A stretch of DNA of 63,549 nt, counting the filler, from Octopus bimaculoides (Eukaryota), in assembly GCF_001194135.2 (NCBI RefSeq). It is 6 parts of 5 records of this genome, joined end to end, with 100 filler letters (N's around TTAATTAATTAA, not from the genome) between each part and the next. Parts side by side here need not be neighbours in the genome. Positions count along the whole stretch, not along the records: positions 1 to 27,178 come from NC_068983.1; 5 more parts are not named here. The stretch is one strand, 5' to 3'. The position numbers and the translations under genes are program-made. Positions 13,060-26,305 of the stretch are shown here, piece by piece; position 1 is the stretch's first letter, and each line of letters opens with the position of its first letter. A model generated the notes under the pieces. That model searched no databases and had not been told where the DNA came from. It worked only from the letters and a program-made list of their open reading frames with translations.

Positions 13060-14360
13060 GACTTAATGACAATGGTTTCAAATTTTGGCCCAGGGCCAAC
13101 AGATTTTGAAGATAAAGGGAAGTCGATTACATCGACCCAGTGCTCAAGTGGGATCTATTTTAAAGACTTCGCAGAATCTGAACTCAGAACGAAATGCCGC
13201 GAAGTATTTTGTCCGTCATTCGTGGTTTTCGAAGCTGCTAGAAATCACAACCAAACATTTGTAAAAGGGATGGACACACTGTGTAACATTGTCCTAGTTA
13301 CACATTCAAAGACAGTGTGCTGTAGAATATAGTTGCTCTCGGCCAGTATTCCCTTGAGGTGAACAACAACTGAGTTAAGACTGAATCTAATCGCCAGACA
13401 ATGACTATCAGACTACAATGAGGAGGATTCTTGGAGTTCTGTTCAGTGCTGTATTGAAACGTCACAATCAAAGACCTTCACCGGACAGAACACTGACCTA
13501 CTTTAGTGCCATATTCAGGGTTACAGGCTATCAATGAATGAATTCACATTTTGTGCTGTTGGATAATTTCCAATATTTTGGGTTATTTTTTTTTTTCTGG
13601 TTTTATTTTCCTGATAAAACAACAGTTAGATAACAAGAAAATAGTCAAGAATATTAGTGATTCTGTAAGCTCCTCTGATCAATAATAATGATAATGGTTT
13701 CAAATTTTGACTTAAGGCCAGCAATTTTGAAGGAAGCGTTAAATCGATTACATCGTCCCCAGTGCATAACTGGTGCTAATTTTATCGATCCAGAAAGGAT
13801 GAAAGGGAAATCAACATCGATGGAGTTTGAACTGTGAACACAAAGGCAGATGAAATGTCGCTAAACATGTGGTATCCCGTTCGAGTACCAGGCTTAAAAT
13901 ACAAAATAAGCCCTGGGGTCGATTCATTCGACTAAAAGTTCATTAAGGCAGTGCTCCAGCATGACTGCAGTCAAATGACTGGAACATGTAAAAGATAGAA
14001 ATCTACAATTAGCATTTTTCTCTCCGAAAACATCAATTCCATTGTCAAATGGAAGAATATACGAATTCTATGAAATATTCTAATTTCATTTTCAATTTTT
14101 CTTGAGTTGTCGTAGCATTGATAAGACCAGGTACCCGGTTTCCATGGCGTTTGTTCTATGTGACTGGGCTCTCAACATTCTCTTTGAACTGGAAGTCGGT
14201 CCGTTGCAGGGTTCCGCATCGATCAGAATATTTGATTGGTAACTTTATTTTATAGATGCCGAAGGAAGAAAAGACAAATTTCATGCTCAGAAGGCAAAGA
14301 TCTGGAAGAAATGCCGCTAAGCATTTTGTTCGACGCACGAACAATTCTGACAGCTCGTCT
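13060..14360 (-). mobile_element. Cluster of three diverged SINE B fragments (13060-13230, 13690-13870, 14240-14360) and a SINE A tail
   Basis: Each fragment aligns by eye to the SINE B copies. Confidence 0.55.
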
Positions 14361-14458
14361 GTATAAATATAACGGTTCTGAAATAGAAAACCTCAATACG
14401 TGTGTGTATTGTTTTGAGCTTATTATTCAGGAGGCGAGCTATATATATATATATGTGT

Positions 14459-14489
<31 letters not shown>

Positions 14490-15444
14490 CAGAAGTGACT
14501 GTGTGGTAAGAAGCTTGCTTCTCAACCACATGATTCGATACTAACGACGGTTCAGAGCTATATCATAAAGCCAGCTCAGCTGGGACTTACCCTGACTGCA
14601 AAGTATGTTATGATACATACATACATATCTATTATCTATATATATATATATATGCATATATATATATANNNNNNNNNNNNNNNNNNNNNNNNNNNNNNNN
14701 NNNNNNNNNNNNNNNNNNNNNNNNTATATATATGTGTGTGTGTGTGTATATATATGTTGGAATGGCGTTTGGCTTTCCGGTTAACAGTTCATATCTTATC
14801 CCCGCTTCTGTTTTGTGCGCAAGGTCAAACTATTTAACTCTCGCCTACTCAATTCTCTGAACCTGCATATTGGTGTCGAGACTATGTAAAATCATTAACA
14901 GCAGCATGAGGATTTGTAAAATGATGGGCACACCCTTTGTTCCTCATAAAAAGAGAAGACAATAGAGGACCGCAGGTGGTTAATGACTGTCTCATTAGCT
15001 TACAATTTTAATTAATAACTATGTCTCACCATGATTCAGTTTCAAATTGCAGTTCCTTGATTGTCTCAGTTCGCATTTCTCTCGCATCATCCTAATTATA
15101 ATAATTACAGGGTGTGTACGGCAGGTGAAGTGTGAAACAATCTAATTTATACGTAACACACATCTCCAAGTGAATATCTTATTTCACCATGAAATATTCC
15201 TCTTAATTTGGATGAGTAATTTTGCAACCAGAAATAAATATCATTGCAAGCAGGTAGTTTGGTTTTGATGAAGAATACTGTTTCAGGTTGGGGGCTGTCT
15301 TCTGCTAGATTTACTGCAGTTCTGTATTCAGGTGTAAAAATGGTTCCTGTATTTTAAATGAGTACAAAAGAAATGAAAATGTTGTTTTGGTGTTGTCTTA
15401 TGTGAGAAGAGTTGAGAGGAAAAAGAAAAGGATTTGAATAATAT

Positions 15445-15528
<84 letters not shown>

Positions 15529-16899
15529 GCGGGTCTTCAAAGAAAATGAGAGAGGAACTGAGAGGGAGAGAAAAATTGATAAAATGTTAGATTTGATAAG
15601 AGAAGAGTATGAACACAACCATTCTTTTGTTCAGTAGTTCCACTGTTGAACTTTTAAACTATGTTCCAGTTATAAATATATATCAGAAGTTAGGGTTCTT
15701 GGAAAAAGTATGTGTGTGTGTATGTGTGTACATACATACATACATACATGCATACATTTACTTACATACATAATTAATTAATTCCAGATTGGCTAGGCTT
15801 TGCGAACATCAAACAAGTGTACTATTTGCTGCTCTGGTATATAAGGACAGCTGTTCTTACAGAGCTGTGAAAGACTCATTCTGTGTTCGTAGCTGATGAT
15901 GCATAATGATGCAGAAACGGGTGCACCCTGCGCTCCGATGATGTCATTCATAGTCAAACTATGTTTTCATATATTTTGTATATGAGGAAAATTTTCTCTC
16001 AAGACTATTTCTGCAACGAAAAGTATTCCCACGTTCGAGTGTCCACGAACGTGTTAAATATGATTAAATCCATATGTATTTCATTCAACGCAGCTTCGTG
16101 CGCCTACAGATAATCCCAGTTTGACCTATCTTTGGGCACAACAACAAACGTACTTATAAATAAGAACAAGCATATGGCAGATTGATCAGGGCCGAGATGG
16201 ATCCTATGCTTCGGTGAGCCGTTTGGATCAATAGCTCTGATTGTTGGCCCGACCAATTGCGCTTCCACGGCCTCTGGAGTTGCAAAATATAAGCTTCGTC
16301 CTATATGCCGACGAGGACCGCCGCCACCAACCAGCAGATATTGATCTTTTGTGGTACGTTGACTGACTTTGTCTTAAATACCCTACGGCCGCAGTTAGGA
16401 GGGGCGGGGACCAGCCCTTTACTTTTTAACTTTGGTTTGAAGTGCTTCGTGGCATCAGCTTCTGTAGGGAATCTCAACTTTTTCACTTTGGCGCCGTATG
16501 TTTGCCTCGGATTGATCAGAGGCACTTTTGAATCTGACATTGCGTTGGCTGCTATATTTTCCTACTTTGGAGGGTAAGGTTTCATATAGAAATGTTCTGA
16601 GGTTAGTTTGATGCTGGATGAATACAAGGATGTTCAGCGCAACGTTTCGTCCGGACTTTATGAGCATCTTTTCCTTTCCCTTGGTGTCATTGCTGTTCAT
16701 GTTGTTGTTGTTGTTGTTGCTGTAGTTGGCATTCGTGATGGAGTTGGCAGTGTTTGATTTAAAGGCGGGAAGTCGGTGTCAAAATAGTTCTTTCAATCTG
16801 TGGTTTTGCTCCCTTGACTATTTGCCGAAAATTCGACGCCATATTTTGTTTTAAAATTGGGAAATTCCGCTCCGCAAGGGATAGAAACTTAACATAGCC

Positions 16900-17735
16900 A
16901 GCTTGTTTCAGAGATTGCTGATCGGCATGATGAGCTGGCACAGCAAAAATACAAAATAAAGACCTTGAAAACAATAAAATTCAACAATAATACACAAGAT
17001 TCGAAAAAATAACCTCTCTCCAGACAGCTTAATTGTTGCAGCCCAAGATCAAACAATAAAAAACAAAACTCGAAAAAAAATGTACATGGGAAGAATGTGA
17101 CCAAAAAATGTAGTCTGTGGAACTTGGAACGACATAGTGGCACACATTGTTGCAGAATGCTCCAAGTTGGCACTAGAAGAACATAAGAAATTAAGACATG
17201 ACCAACTTCTAAATGTTTTACACTGGAAACTGTGCCACAAATGGGGATTTGAAGCTGGAGACACATGGTATGAACATCGGATGGAAAGAGAGCTAGAGTT
17301 GGAGATTCTTAAGATTCTTTGGGACTTACCAATTCAAACGAATAAATATAAAAATAATAGACAAGAAAAAGCTACGAAAATCAAAAAACAAAAAAATACA
17401 ATCCTTTCAAATTTGAAACTGAAAGAATTTTGAGTATGAAAACTGTAAAGGTTTTTCTTAGAATAATTGGTTCGTTACGGACTGTAAGCAAAGATATAGA
17501 GAAATGGTTGAAGGAGATAGGAATAGAATGTCCTGTAGAGGTTCTACAGAAGGTTTGCCTCTTAGGGACAGAAAAGATTATCAGGGGTGCCTTAAGCATT
17601 TGAAAGACTATTGAAAGATTTGGGATGCCTAAGGGTATAAGTACTAACTCACTACCCACAAAAATTCTACCAGGAATAAGTACGAACCAGAGTCAAATCA
17701 ATAATAATAATAATTATTATTATAATAATAGTAAT
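16900..17735 (+). mobile_element. 3' end of an RLE-type non-LTR retrotransposon (R4/Dong-like) with (TAA)n tail
   Basis: LIVAAQDQ, AHIVAECSKLALEEHKKLRHDQ...LHWKLC...WYEH...KILWDLPIQT and IIGSLRTV...IGIECPVEVLQKVCLLGTEKII match the zinc-knuckle/restriction-like endonuclease region. A (TAA)n tail starts near 17700. The 5' boundary is approximate. Confidence 0.8.
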
Positions 17736-17744
17736 AACGTTTTC

Positions 17745-17915
17745 ATATTTTGGTACAATGCCAGCAAGTATAGGGGCGGGGTATAGTTGATAGCATCGAC
17801 CCTTGTTTTCAGCTTGTAGCTGACCCCGAAATGAAGAAAAGCGAAGTACTCCATTGAACTCGGAACAAATACCGCTAAGCATTTTGTTCGACGCACTAAT
17901 AATTTCGTCAACTCG
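17745..17915 (-). mobile_element. SINE B adjacent to the LINE (TAA)n tail
   Basis: aggccagc-type start, accccgaaatgaagaaaag...aataccgctaagcattttg. Confidence 0.65.
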
Positions 17916-18821
17916 CTGCCTGAATAGCAATATGCTTGTGTGCGCGCGTGCTTTTCTGTGTTATTGTGTTTGTGTGTGTATGTGTGTGTGTGTGCGTGTG
18001 TGTGTGTGCATGTGTGTGTGTCTGAAAAATACTTTCATCCATGAATATTAAGCGGTACACTACTTTACCATAATTCTGCAATCGAATCCTAAAGGTGAAG
18101 GACCAGAACCCTTCCATTACATGGCAAATAAATATTTATTGCTTAATTTTGATAGAAAAATCATCTGAACTTGGTGTTTAATCAAGTGTTGCTTGAATAC
18201 TTGTTTAATATTATCTCCGTTTTATCTCCAATATATCTTCGTCTCGACTGAACGAGACGAAGTTTGGTGTCTCTCAAATATTTAATAGTTCTTTGTTCTT
18301 ACAAAAAAATTTTTTAAAGTGTTAGGCATAGCTGTGTGGTAAGAAATTTGCTTCAGAACTACATGGTTCTGGGTTCAGTTCAACTGTGTGGCACCTTGGG
18401 CAAGTGTCCAGTTTAACATCCAAGCAGGTCTCTTACGCACTTTAGTGTTTCAAAAATTGCATTCAGGATTCGAATCGAAGTGTAATTTCCTCTTTTTCTA
18501 CCACAATAAGGCGCACAAATGGAACCAATTACATAAAAAAAAACATCTCCTCGATCAAAATGATCCTATTTCAGACGATAGAGTATCTTAGAGAACTTTT
18601 GCTGCCATTTCTTGTACGTAAAGTTACCAGGAAACACTGCGACGTTTGTAGTAAATGGAGAAATCAGTGAAATGACATTGATTAATGACTAAAGTTATTT
18701 AGAGGTGCTTAAAGAATTATGGTAAAGAGAGCTATAAACATGACTTCGCATCGATTCTTCACATTGGGATACGTTGAGGCTGTCGTTGCTGCTTTTGCTG
18801 GTATCGTTATTGCTGTTATTG

Positions 18822-18896
18822 ATGACGACGACGATGATGATGATGATGATGATGATGATGATAATGATGATGATCATGACAACGACGACGACGACG
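18822..18896. repeat. (GAT)n/(GAC)n microsatellite
   Basis: Directly visible; source of the poly-D, poly-M and poly-H ORFs. Confidence 0.9.
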
Positions 18897-19171
18897 TGGA
18901 GAAGGCGGAAGGAGAGGAGGATGTTGCTGTTTAGATTCAAGCAAAATCTGATTTACGAGACCAATAATCAAAAACGTTCCAGCTGTAAACAACCAATCAG
19001 GTACAGCCCCCACCGAAGCACGATTATCTACTGTAATTCCTTCAGAGTCTGTATCAAGGGAAACGTAGCTGCTGTTTCTAGAAAATATAGCAACCAGGTA
19101 GAGGCTCCACCTTGTCCTTATTTCAGTAGATTAATGCAGTTCCATAACAAAACATGAACGAGAAAACTACA

Positions 19172-19203
<32 letters not shown>

Positions 19204-19459
19204 GCAAACGGCAACGCATACACACACACACACACAAGCAAACGGCAACGCACGCACGCACAAGTACAGAAAGAGAGAAGAGGGAAAGAAAGAGGGAGAA
19301 CTTATGTGTAAATATGAAGATGTTTTATCGATGGTCATTTAGATCTCGTTAAATTCCAAAAGGTTTTGTCAGTGTAGAAAATCCCGGTGGCAAAATCTTA
19401 CATGATTGGCTAAAGCAATCCTTTACAGCAATGTATCCTTTATCATTTAGTTGTTTCTC

Positions 19460-19670
19460 CTCATTAGACTGCGGCCGTGCTGGGGCATCACCTGAAGAAC
19501 TTTTAATCAAATGATTTATATATTTTAAGCCTGGTACTTTTTCTATCGATCTTTTGTGCCGAACCGCAAACGTAAAAGTTTTTAGTCGGTTCAAGACTAT
19601 AGCAGAAGAAGACACTTGCTTAAGGTACCACGCAGCAGGACTGAACCCGGAACCATGTGGTTGGAAAGTG
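19460..19670 (-). mobile_element. SINE family A, internally deleted
   Basis: The tail and head segments are joined directly. Confidence 0.65.
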
Positions 19671-20333
19671 TAAATACATACTTAACGCCAGTGTTATAAT
19701 GGTGGCAGCTGATGAAGGAAATATTCTCTATGTGGCCTGTGTGTTTTCTGTACCTTGTTTATCATTTTGTCTATGTTTTTTGCAACGTCATGTACCCAGT
19801 TATGCATCTATATATACATGTAGATGAAGGTATGTACATACATGTACATATATATGCATATACTCATATATTATTTATATATATATATGTATATATATAT
19901 GTATGTATATATATATACATAAATATTTATATTTATATATATATGTGCGTGTGTGTATGAATATATATGCATATATGCTTATATGTATAAACATACATAT
20001 ATAGATATTCACATATATGTAGAGTGCATGGGGTTTTTAAGGAGACCTACAAGTATATTATCAGTCTAGATCGATCAATAGTCATGTTGGTCATAGCTGG
20101 ATTGTCATTCGTCTAATATATGTTCTCCATCGAGCTTTATCTGGCTTCAAACAACAATACAATACGACAATAACAACATCAAAATCAAAGCAGGAGACCG
20201 TGACGCAATCTCAGATCCGGTTTGAATTGAAATTCGTCATAAACCTGGCTGATAAATCACTCGGTATTCAAAAGAATGACTCACTCCCCCAATTCCCGTT
20301 CTACCATCATTCTTTGGGTGTTCCAAACATAAT

Positions 20334-20433
<100 letters not shown>

Positions 20434-20887
20434 ACAGAGACCATTATTACTAGCGACCACTGCCTTTTATTGAAACGCTCCTGCCCACCATCCTTAGATA
20501 CGTTTCCGCAATAAAAGATTGATTTCATAAAATTATTATTGGGTTCTCTCCCAATTATAATTAATGTTTAATAATTTTGTGGCCATTTGTGTAAAACAGG
20601 AATCTCAAAATTAAAAAAAAAACTATATCACTTTAATAATTGGTCTCTAAAGTGTTGTTTATGAGAATATCTGCTTCTTTAACACAGTTTTGAGAATAAA
20701 TCTTACAATATTATATTCTTATCAAACTAATCTATATTCTTGGTGAAGAATTTCCATTGTAAAACATCGAAATCTAAAAATACAGGACACCATTTTTCTA
20801 ATGTTCCACTGATAAATTCAATAAATCTTGGTCTGAGTTTACTGTCTTGTGAAAATCACTTGCAATACAACGGGGCGTGAAGACGGC

Positions 20888-21075
20888 GTGCTGGCAGAAT
20901 CGTTAGCGCGCCGGGAGAAATACTTAGCGGCATTTCTCCCGTTCAAATGCTGCCTAAGTCGTCCCTGTCTTTCATCTTTTCAGGGTTAGAATAAAATAAG
21001 TACCAGTTGAATACTGGGTTGATGCGATTGACTTAATCCTCCCCTGGAATTGCGAGCCAAAATTTGGAGCCAATA
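20888..21075 (+). mobile_element. Diverged SINE B
   Basis: gctggcagaatcgttagc...gttcaaatgctgcc...ccaaaattt. Confidence 0.65.
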
Positions 21076-21650
21076 TAGCGGAGCGTGCACCAACAACGAT
21101 ACAACATGATCGCCCGACTTGCTAGAAATAACAACTAAATGTCATATTAGTGTCTTAATCAAAAGAAAGATACATTGGATGGTTTATTCTTGGATATAGT
21201 GCCGCTGCAACTTAAATACGACAAGAGAGCAGGTTACGAATCAATGACCCTCATTTTGATGTTAGGCTCACTTTGGATGCGATTCCACTAGCGGCACCTG
21301 CAACTAATCTCTTCTACCGTAGCCTTGAGACGACCAAATACTTATGACTGAAATTGGTAGGCAGAAATCATGCGGAATCCTGCTGGAAGGATTGTTCCTG
21401 CTCTTGAAGTGTAGACCTGATTTGTCAACCAGTTTAGCACCACTCCTCCGCCTGGGTACCCTTGGCTATATTTAATGGAGTCCACTTTGTTATAAACATT
21501 GACGGTAAACCAGTCACCGTCCAGAGGACAATTTCTTATCTTCGTCTCTTTCTCTCTCTCTCTCTCTCTCTCTAATCTAAGAATCCACAAATAATGTTTT
21601 CATTCATAAGTTTTTACTTCTGTGAAAATCATTTCTGAAATATGAATATA

Positions 21651-21938
21651 GGTGCAGGAGTGGCTGTGTGGTAAGTAGCTTGCTTACCAGCCACATGGTT
21701 CCGGGTTCAGTCCCACTGCGTGGCACCTTGGGCGAGTATCTTCTACTATAGCCTCGGGCCGACCAAAGCCAAGTGAGTAGATTTAGTAGACAGAAACGGA
21801 AAGAAGCCCATCATATATATATGTGTGTGTGTGTGTTTACGTCCCCGTAACTTAGCAGTTCGGTAAAAGAGAACGATAGAATAAGTACTAGGCATACAAA
21901 TAATAAGTACTTTGTTCGACTAAAGGCGGTGCTCCAGA
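21651..21938 (+). mobile_element. SINE family A with internal deletions
   Basis: The head is intact and the body is shortened relative to 61100-61513. Confidence 0.8.
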
Positions 21939-22380
21939 ATATTACGACACAGCCCTTCTAACAATGTCCTAATGTCCCTTTCTCACGGCTCCTGTGATGT
22001 GATTTTGACACCTCAGCCACGACTCTTTGCCTCTGACTCCTTTCACATAATTCTTTGCCTACGACGCCTGTGACCCATGGCCACTACGATTTGCTTTCGA
22101 AATGTTCTCCCCTACATTTCCTGTCTGTGAAAAGTAAGCTTATATTTCAGGTAAAACAATCAAATACATTTAATAAACATGACTGCAGAAAGGTTAATCT
22201 GACATCGCATGTAATATTAAACGACTTTTGTTGGTTTGTAATTATTTCTGGTTGAGATTTGTCGTATTAATGAAGGATGCTGGCATCACTTTTGATCTTG
22301 TCAGCCAAAAAATATATCCTTACATAAACATTAAGTTCACAGAATAATCTACACTTCCTCCATACACACACGCACGCACG

Positions 22381-22417
<37 letters not shown>

Positions 22418-22706
22418 ATACATNNNNNNNNNNTTATTACGAAGAGGGACACAGCTGATATTTGTGCACGCGCGTGTGTGTGTGTGTGTGTGTATTAATT
22501 ACGTATGTACATAAATAAATGAAATCCGTGTATGCGTATCTGTATCTATTTGTCTAAATAGAAACATATATACTTCACCGTATGTATGTATGTATGTATG
22601 TATGTATGCATATATGATTATGTATATTGAGTATTTTATATAAATATGCATTTACATTGTCGTCAAGGGATCCCATGTTGATTGAATATGTATTTACATA
22701 TATTAA

Positions 22707-22823
<117 letters not shown>

Positions 22824-22970
22824 GCATATATACATATATATATGTACATACCTACATTTATATGTATATATACATGCATATATGGGTACAGGACATTAAA
22901 AAACGCTAAACACAATGAGAAAGATGGATAACCGTTGGTCGCGTGTGAGCAACGAGAGAGTCAAGTAGGA

Positions 22971-23019
<49 letters not shown>

Positions 23020-23174
23020 GGTGAAGGGGAGAAGAGAAGAATAGGGAAAGTTTAGGAGAGAAAAACATATATATATAAATTAAAAAACCGGAATAAGAAC
23101 GTAACGGATGACAATAAAAATATGCGGAGAGATAGACGATACAAAGACGGACAGGAAAAAACCCAGGACGGAGC

Positions 23175-23452
23175 ATTCGTGGCTTAATCCCTTTGTCTGT
23201 CCTTGTTTGTCCCCCTCTATGTTTAACCCCTTGTGGGCAATAAAGAAATAAGAAACGTTAGCACGCCAGGCGAAATGCTTAGCGGTATTTCGTCTGTCTT
23301 TGTGTTCTGAGCTCAAATTCCGCCGAGGTCGACTTAGCCTTTCATCCTTTCTAGGTCGATTAAATAAGTGCCAGTTACGCACTGGGGTCGATCTAATCGA
23401 CTGGCCCTCTCCCCCAAAATTTCGGGCCTTGTGCTTAGAGTAGAAAAGAATA
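23175..23452 (+). mobile_element. SINE family 'B' (local label)
   Basis: ttagcacgcc.ggcgaaatgcttagcggtatttcg...gttcaaattccgccgaggtcgac...cccccaaaatttcgggccttgtgc. Many homologues occur in the window. Confidence 0.8.
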
Positions 23453-23881
23453 AAACCGAGATGTAATAGTTTTGAGCAGATGCTGCAGCGTCCGTATGTG
23501 ACAGTGAGCCGTCTCAGTTGCAAATGGTTGCTCGTTGTTGTTGCTACTAACCCGTTATTGTGGCGGTAGGGATGGTGTAAGCGAGTTCGAATGAGACTCG
23601 AGGCTAGTATGTATTCCTGTTTTTCGATAAGTTTCTCAATAAATAAATAAATAAATAAATAAAAGTCGACAATTGTTGGATAACTCCTACTTCTGCCTTC
23701 TTTGAATTTCGGATGCTATTATGGATGATAATAATGTCGCGAAGAACTGAACCGATATCTCTCATTGGTTAAAAAAGTGACGAGTAACGAAAGAAAATGA
23801 TTTTCTTGTTTTTACGTTTAAAACCAATTACAAACAGAATAATAAATAAAATGAGAAATAAGGAAAGCTTCTGGCGGTGGA

Positions 23882-24080
23882 GAAAGTTTTAAAACCTTTA
23901 TATTTCGAGCGCAAAGACCTATCTTCAGAACAATTCACTCAAAGAAATGTATATTTACGTAGATCCTGCCATTTTAGATGGCAGAATCTATGTAAACATA
24001 TCCAAAATGGCAAGATCTTTGAGGGAACTGTCCTGAAAATAGGTCTTTGCGCCCGGTTTGTTAAAGCTTTTAAAACTTTC
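23882..24080. repeat. Imperfect ~200-bp foldback (MITE-like hairpin)
   Basis: gaaagttttaaaa/ttttaaaactttc pair perfectly at the ends. gcgcaaagacctat.ttcag.aca.ttc.ctcaaaga and at.tttac.tagat.ctgccat pair with their counterparts around a 5-nt loop. Confidence 0.8.
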
Positions 24081-24139
24081 GCTATTTCCTTTTTGCCTTT
24101 TCATTCATTTATTTTTCTTTTTTTTAACTACTGTATGTA

Positions 24140-24565
24140 CAAGACCCTAAAGTTTTGGGGAGGGCGCCAGTCGATTAGATCTACCCTAGTACGCAACTGG
24201 TACGTAATTTATCGACCCCGAAAGGGTGAAAGGCAAATTCGACCTCGGCGGTATTTGAACTCAGAACGTAAAGACAGACGAAATACCGCTAAGCATTTTT
24301 TGCCCGGTGTGCTAACGTTTCTGCCAGCCGGCCGCTTTATGAAACTAATGATATTCTTTTCTACACTACGTGCAAGGCCCGAAATTTTTGGAGAGAGGGC
24401 CAGTCAATTAGATCGACTCCAGTACGCAACTGGTACTTAATTCATCGACTCCGAAAGGATGAAAGGCAAATTCGACCTCGGCGGAATATGAACTCAGAAC
24501 GTAAAGACAAACGAAATACCGCTAAGCATTTCGCCCGGCGTGCTAACGTTTCTACCAGCTGTCCG
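24140..24565 (-). mobile_element. Two head-to-tail SINE B copies
   Basis: 24140-24325 and 24355-24565 are collinear reverse complements of 23260-23450. Confidence 0.8.
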
Positions 24566-25428
24566 CCTTTTCATTTATTATTCTACTTCTCTACTACAAT
24601 GCTTCAAGCGAACTACAACACTCTTCAATCACATATATTATTAAGAATACAAGACGGTGAGGTGGTAAAATGGTTATCGTGTCGGAGGAAATGTTTAACA
24701 GCGTTTCATTCCGCTCTAAAGACCTTCCACTAATTTCTCTGCTGAAAGCTAGCCATAAAACAACGAGAAAAAGAACAAGATGTTTGTCGTGAGGTGATGC
24801 AAGACCAGAAGAGACGTCTTAAGTATTGGAGGAAACCAGCTGAACCGTTGGATGAGAGAATGATTAGGGAATATGTGTGTGAATAGATGCATGTGAATAA
24901 GAGTATGCATCGGAGTATGCATCGGAGTATGCATCGGAGGAGGAGGAAGAGGGGAGGAGGAGGAGGGGAGGAGGAGGAGGGGAAGTGGAGGAGGGAGAAG
25001 AGGAACAAGAAAGAAAGAAAGAAAGAAAGAAAGAATTGAAGAACGATGAAGTTGAAAAGAAGGAGTCTTAGTGCCGTTCGGTGCCAAAATAGGAAAGCGT
25101 AAATCACTAAAGTATGGTTTTTCAGGTGTTTGTGAAAGAAGTGAGGTTTCGGATGGGTTTGGTAAGACGGCCGTAAATAATCGCAGAGAGAAGGGTCAGT
25201 TGAATGGGATACAATAAAGGACGTGCAGATGACAGTGAGCTGAGTATCAAGTGGAACTGTTTGTCTGCTACCTGGGACCATATTGAGAATGTACGGAATA
25301 AAGATAATGGTAAACAGTTGACTTTATGGAAACGCAAAGCAAAGGTGGCAAATAGTCTTAGCGGCGACTTCGATATCAGGGTTCGAGAACTAATGAATAC
25401 ATATATACAATCATATACGTGTGTGTGT

Positions 25429-25467
<39 letters not shown>

Positions 25468-25468
<1 letters not shown>

Positions 25469-25790
25469 GCGCAATGGCTCAGTGGTTAGGGTAGCGGACT
25501 CGCGGTCGTAGGATCACAGTTTCGATTCCCAGACCAAGGATTGTGAGTGTTTATTGAGAGAAGACACTTGAAAGCTCCACAAGGCTCCGGCAGGGGGGCG
25601 GGGACGAACCCTGCTGTTCTCTTTCACAACAACTTTCTCTCACACTTTCCTCCTGTTTCTGTTGTGCCTGTATTTCAAAGGGCCAGCCTTGTCACACTGT
25701 GTCATGCTGAATCTCCCCGAGGACTCCGTAATGTCAATTTGATGAAGGGAGCGAGTTTACTCGCAGCACAAACATTTCATCACTAGAAGC
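25468..25790 (+). mobile_element. tRNA-derived SINE, family 'C' (local label)
   Basis: A-box TGGCTCAGTGG and B-box GTTTCGATTCC. The body is shared with 32490-32690 (-), and the 3' part resembles 2540-2620 (-). Confidence 0.78.
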
Positions 25791-25929
25791 AAATAGTCTG
25801 TGCAGGGTGTTCGGCAGGGATTCGCGGAACATTCACCGGGCGTTCACGACATGTGCACGCTCGTCTGTGAGTGCATATGCGTGTGTGTATATATACATAC
25901 ATACATATATTCTTTTATTATGTTATTCG

Positions 25930-26305
25930 CGTCAGTCATTTGAATGCGGCCATGCTGGAGCAACGCCTTTAGTCGAACAGATCGACCCCAGGACTTATTC
26001 TCTGTAAGCCTAATACTTACTTATTCTATTCTCCATTGCCGAACCGCTAGATTACGGGAACGTAAACACACCAACATCGGTTTTCAGGCCATGATGGGGG
26101 GGGGGCAAACACAGACACACAAACACAAACACACACACACACATATTTATACGACGGATTTCTTTCAGTTTCCGCTTACCAAATCCACTCACAAGGCTTT
26201 GTTCGGCCCAAGTCTATAGTAGAAGACACTTGCCGAAGGTGCCACGCAGTGGGACTGAACCCGGAGCCATATGGTTGGGAAGCAAGCTACTTATCACACA
26301 GCTAT
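25930..26305 (-). mobile_element. SINE family A
   Basis: Collinear with 58330-58728. Confidence 0.8.

Noticed and set aside
16630-16672. Minus-strand ctcataa-agtccggac-GAAACGTT as a hammerhead
   Set aside because: CUGANGA has two substitutions, helix II has no loop and helix I is missing.
18237-18262. 10-bp hairpin cttcgtctcg/cgagacgaag as a terminator
   Set aside because: Eukaryotic context with no U-tract or gene; single short hairpins are expected by chance or from repeats.
21342-21590. Possible LINE endonuclease remnant (GGGVV, ISAY)
   Set aside because: Only short motifs match and no catalytic GDFN or SDH motif was found.
23773-23815. gtgacga-gtaac-GAAA-gaaaatgattttc-tt as a hammerhead
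   Set aside because: C3 is replaced by G, helix II is 1 bp and the pairing relies on A/T runs, so it is likely chance.
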